A stretch of DNA of 63,148 bases, counting the filler, from Octopus bimaculoides (lineage: Eukaryota), in assembly GCF_001194135.2 (NCBI RefSeq). It is 7 parts of 7 records of this genome, joined end to end, with 100 filler letters (N's around TTAATTAATTAA, not from the genome) between each part and the next. Parts side by side here need not be neighbours in the genome. Positions count along the whole stretch, not along the records: positions 61,918 to 63,148 come from NW_026396059.1; 6 more parts are not named here. One strand, given 5' to 3'. Each line of letters starts with the position of its first letter. The first letter of the stretch is position 1. The notes under the pieces are model-generated. The model had not been told where the DNA came from and searched no databases. It saw only the letters and a program-made list of their open reading frames with translations. The position numbers and the translations under genes are program-made. Shown here one piece after another: positions 61,955 through 63,148 of the stretch.

Positions 61955-62334
61955 ATGACGACGACGATTTTGACGCTTAACCTCGGGTTAATAATGATCT
62001 AGTTAACCGCTGAAAAAAAAGTACTCCAGAAATGACTATTTTGTCATTTCCTACGTGTACTTCGTTTTTTTAAACTGCAGCATAGGATTTGAACGAAATT
62101 TGGTTGTTATTTCTAAAGAGTTATGCGGCCACGTAGAAATCTCTTCATTGGTTTCTGATTCTAACGATACTATTTAATAGTGTTAGCAAAAGCGGTATTT
62201 CAACCACCCTAACACCATTGCTCCTACCACAATCCATATTATCCTCGCTATCACCATGTCATTAGAAAGACTGAACTGCTGCAAGTAATGGTGGCTGTGA
62301 CGGAATTTAATGAAGTGCATAAATTGTGACCATA

Positions 62335-62377
62335 GTGATAGTAATGATGATGATAAGAATGATGATGATGAAGAAGT

Positions 62378-62432
<55 letters not shown>
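62335..62432. repeat. (GAT)n microsatellite
   Basis: Seen directly; explains the poly-D ORF. Confidence 0.9.
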
Positions 62433-62789
62433 ATATTGGCTGTGTTCTTGGTACTGAAGAAAGTGGCTTTAATAAATATGATGCTAATGGTAATGTTGTT
62501 AGTGCTGGTGTCGACGGAAGCTTTTATTGTGACCCTTCTGGGTTTAAGAAATGGGGGAGGGGTGATAAAATACGTAGAGTGTTGTCGATATCATCGGCAG
62601 TAACCCAGCATAGACGTACTTCAACGTCTGAATGCGTTACAAGAATTAAAAGTAATATGAAATATGTGGATATATATGTACAAGCATGGATGTAGACATA
62701 TGCGCTCTTACATAGTTACATGCATATATATACACATGTACATAGATACTTGCAAGCTTACATACATGCTTGTACGTACATACAGGCAT

Positions 62790-62940
62790 GCATACATACA
62801 CACACGCATACATACATACATACATACATACATACATACATACATACACACACGTATACATAATACATACATACTAACATACATGCATACATACATACAT
62901 ACATACATACATACATACATACATACATACATGCATACAT
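62790..62940. repeat. (ATAC)n microsatellite
   Basis: Seen directly. Confidence 0.9.
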
Positions 62941-63148
62941 GTTGATTGGCACATCTTGTTAGATGATAGCCGTCTCACATTCAGCATGATTATTCGGATT
63001 TACTTTCATCTTTACATGTGTTCATATATCCAACGCCATAGAGCTTTATAAAATACAAAACGGACCAAGAAATGAAATGACAGTGAAACATCTGTACGTC
63101 AATGGATTTAAGTGACAAAAGCTTGTACAAGACTTTTGTCACTCCCTC

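Overview
AT-rich, gap-riddled, repeat-saturated animal DNA. The repeat families and microsatellite load best fit an octopus/coleoid cephalopod draft assembly (inference, no search run). No complete host gene is recognisable; two candidate exons lie at 6.9-7.4 kb. The window holds decayed non-LTR retrotransposons (CR1, RTE, R4/Dong-type with restriction-like endonuclease, L1/Tx1-type), Tc1/mariner elements, MITEs, Helentron-like non-autonomous elements, several tRNA-derived SINE families, Penelope-like termini with hammerhead-ribozyme-like cores, and many microsatellites. Highlights: (1) a repeat-bounded ~2.2 kb element (31452-33640) encoding only a gag/ORF1-like zinc-knuckle protein (HAL1-like), whose 3' tail is shared with a SINE at 43863-43917, plus two decayed relatives at 54.5-56.2 kb; (2) a same-orientation array of five R4/Dong fragments at (TAA)n tracts with a recurring ORF-less ~540 bp companion element; (3) inverted hammerhead-bearing units, one with a tRNA-derived head; (4) a TIR element with GGG termini and a 6-bp TSD nested in a Helentron-like element. 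All alignments and translations outside the ORF track were done by eye, and element boundaries are approximate unless a TIR/TSD is quoted.
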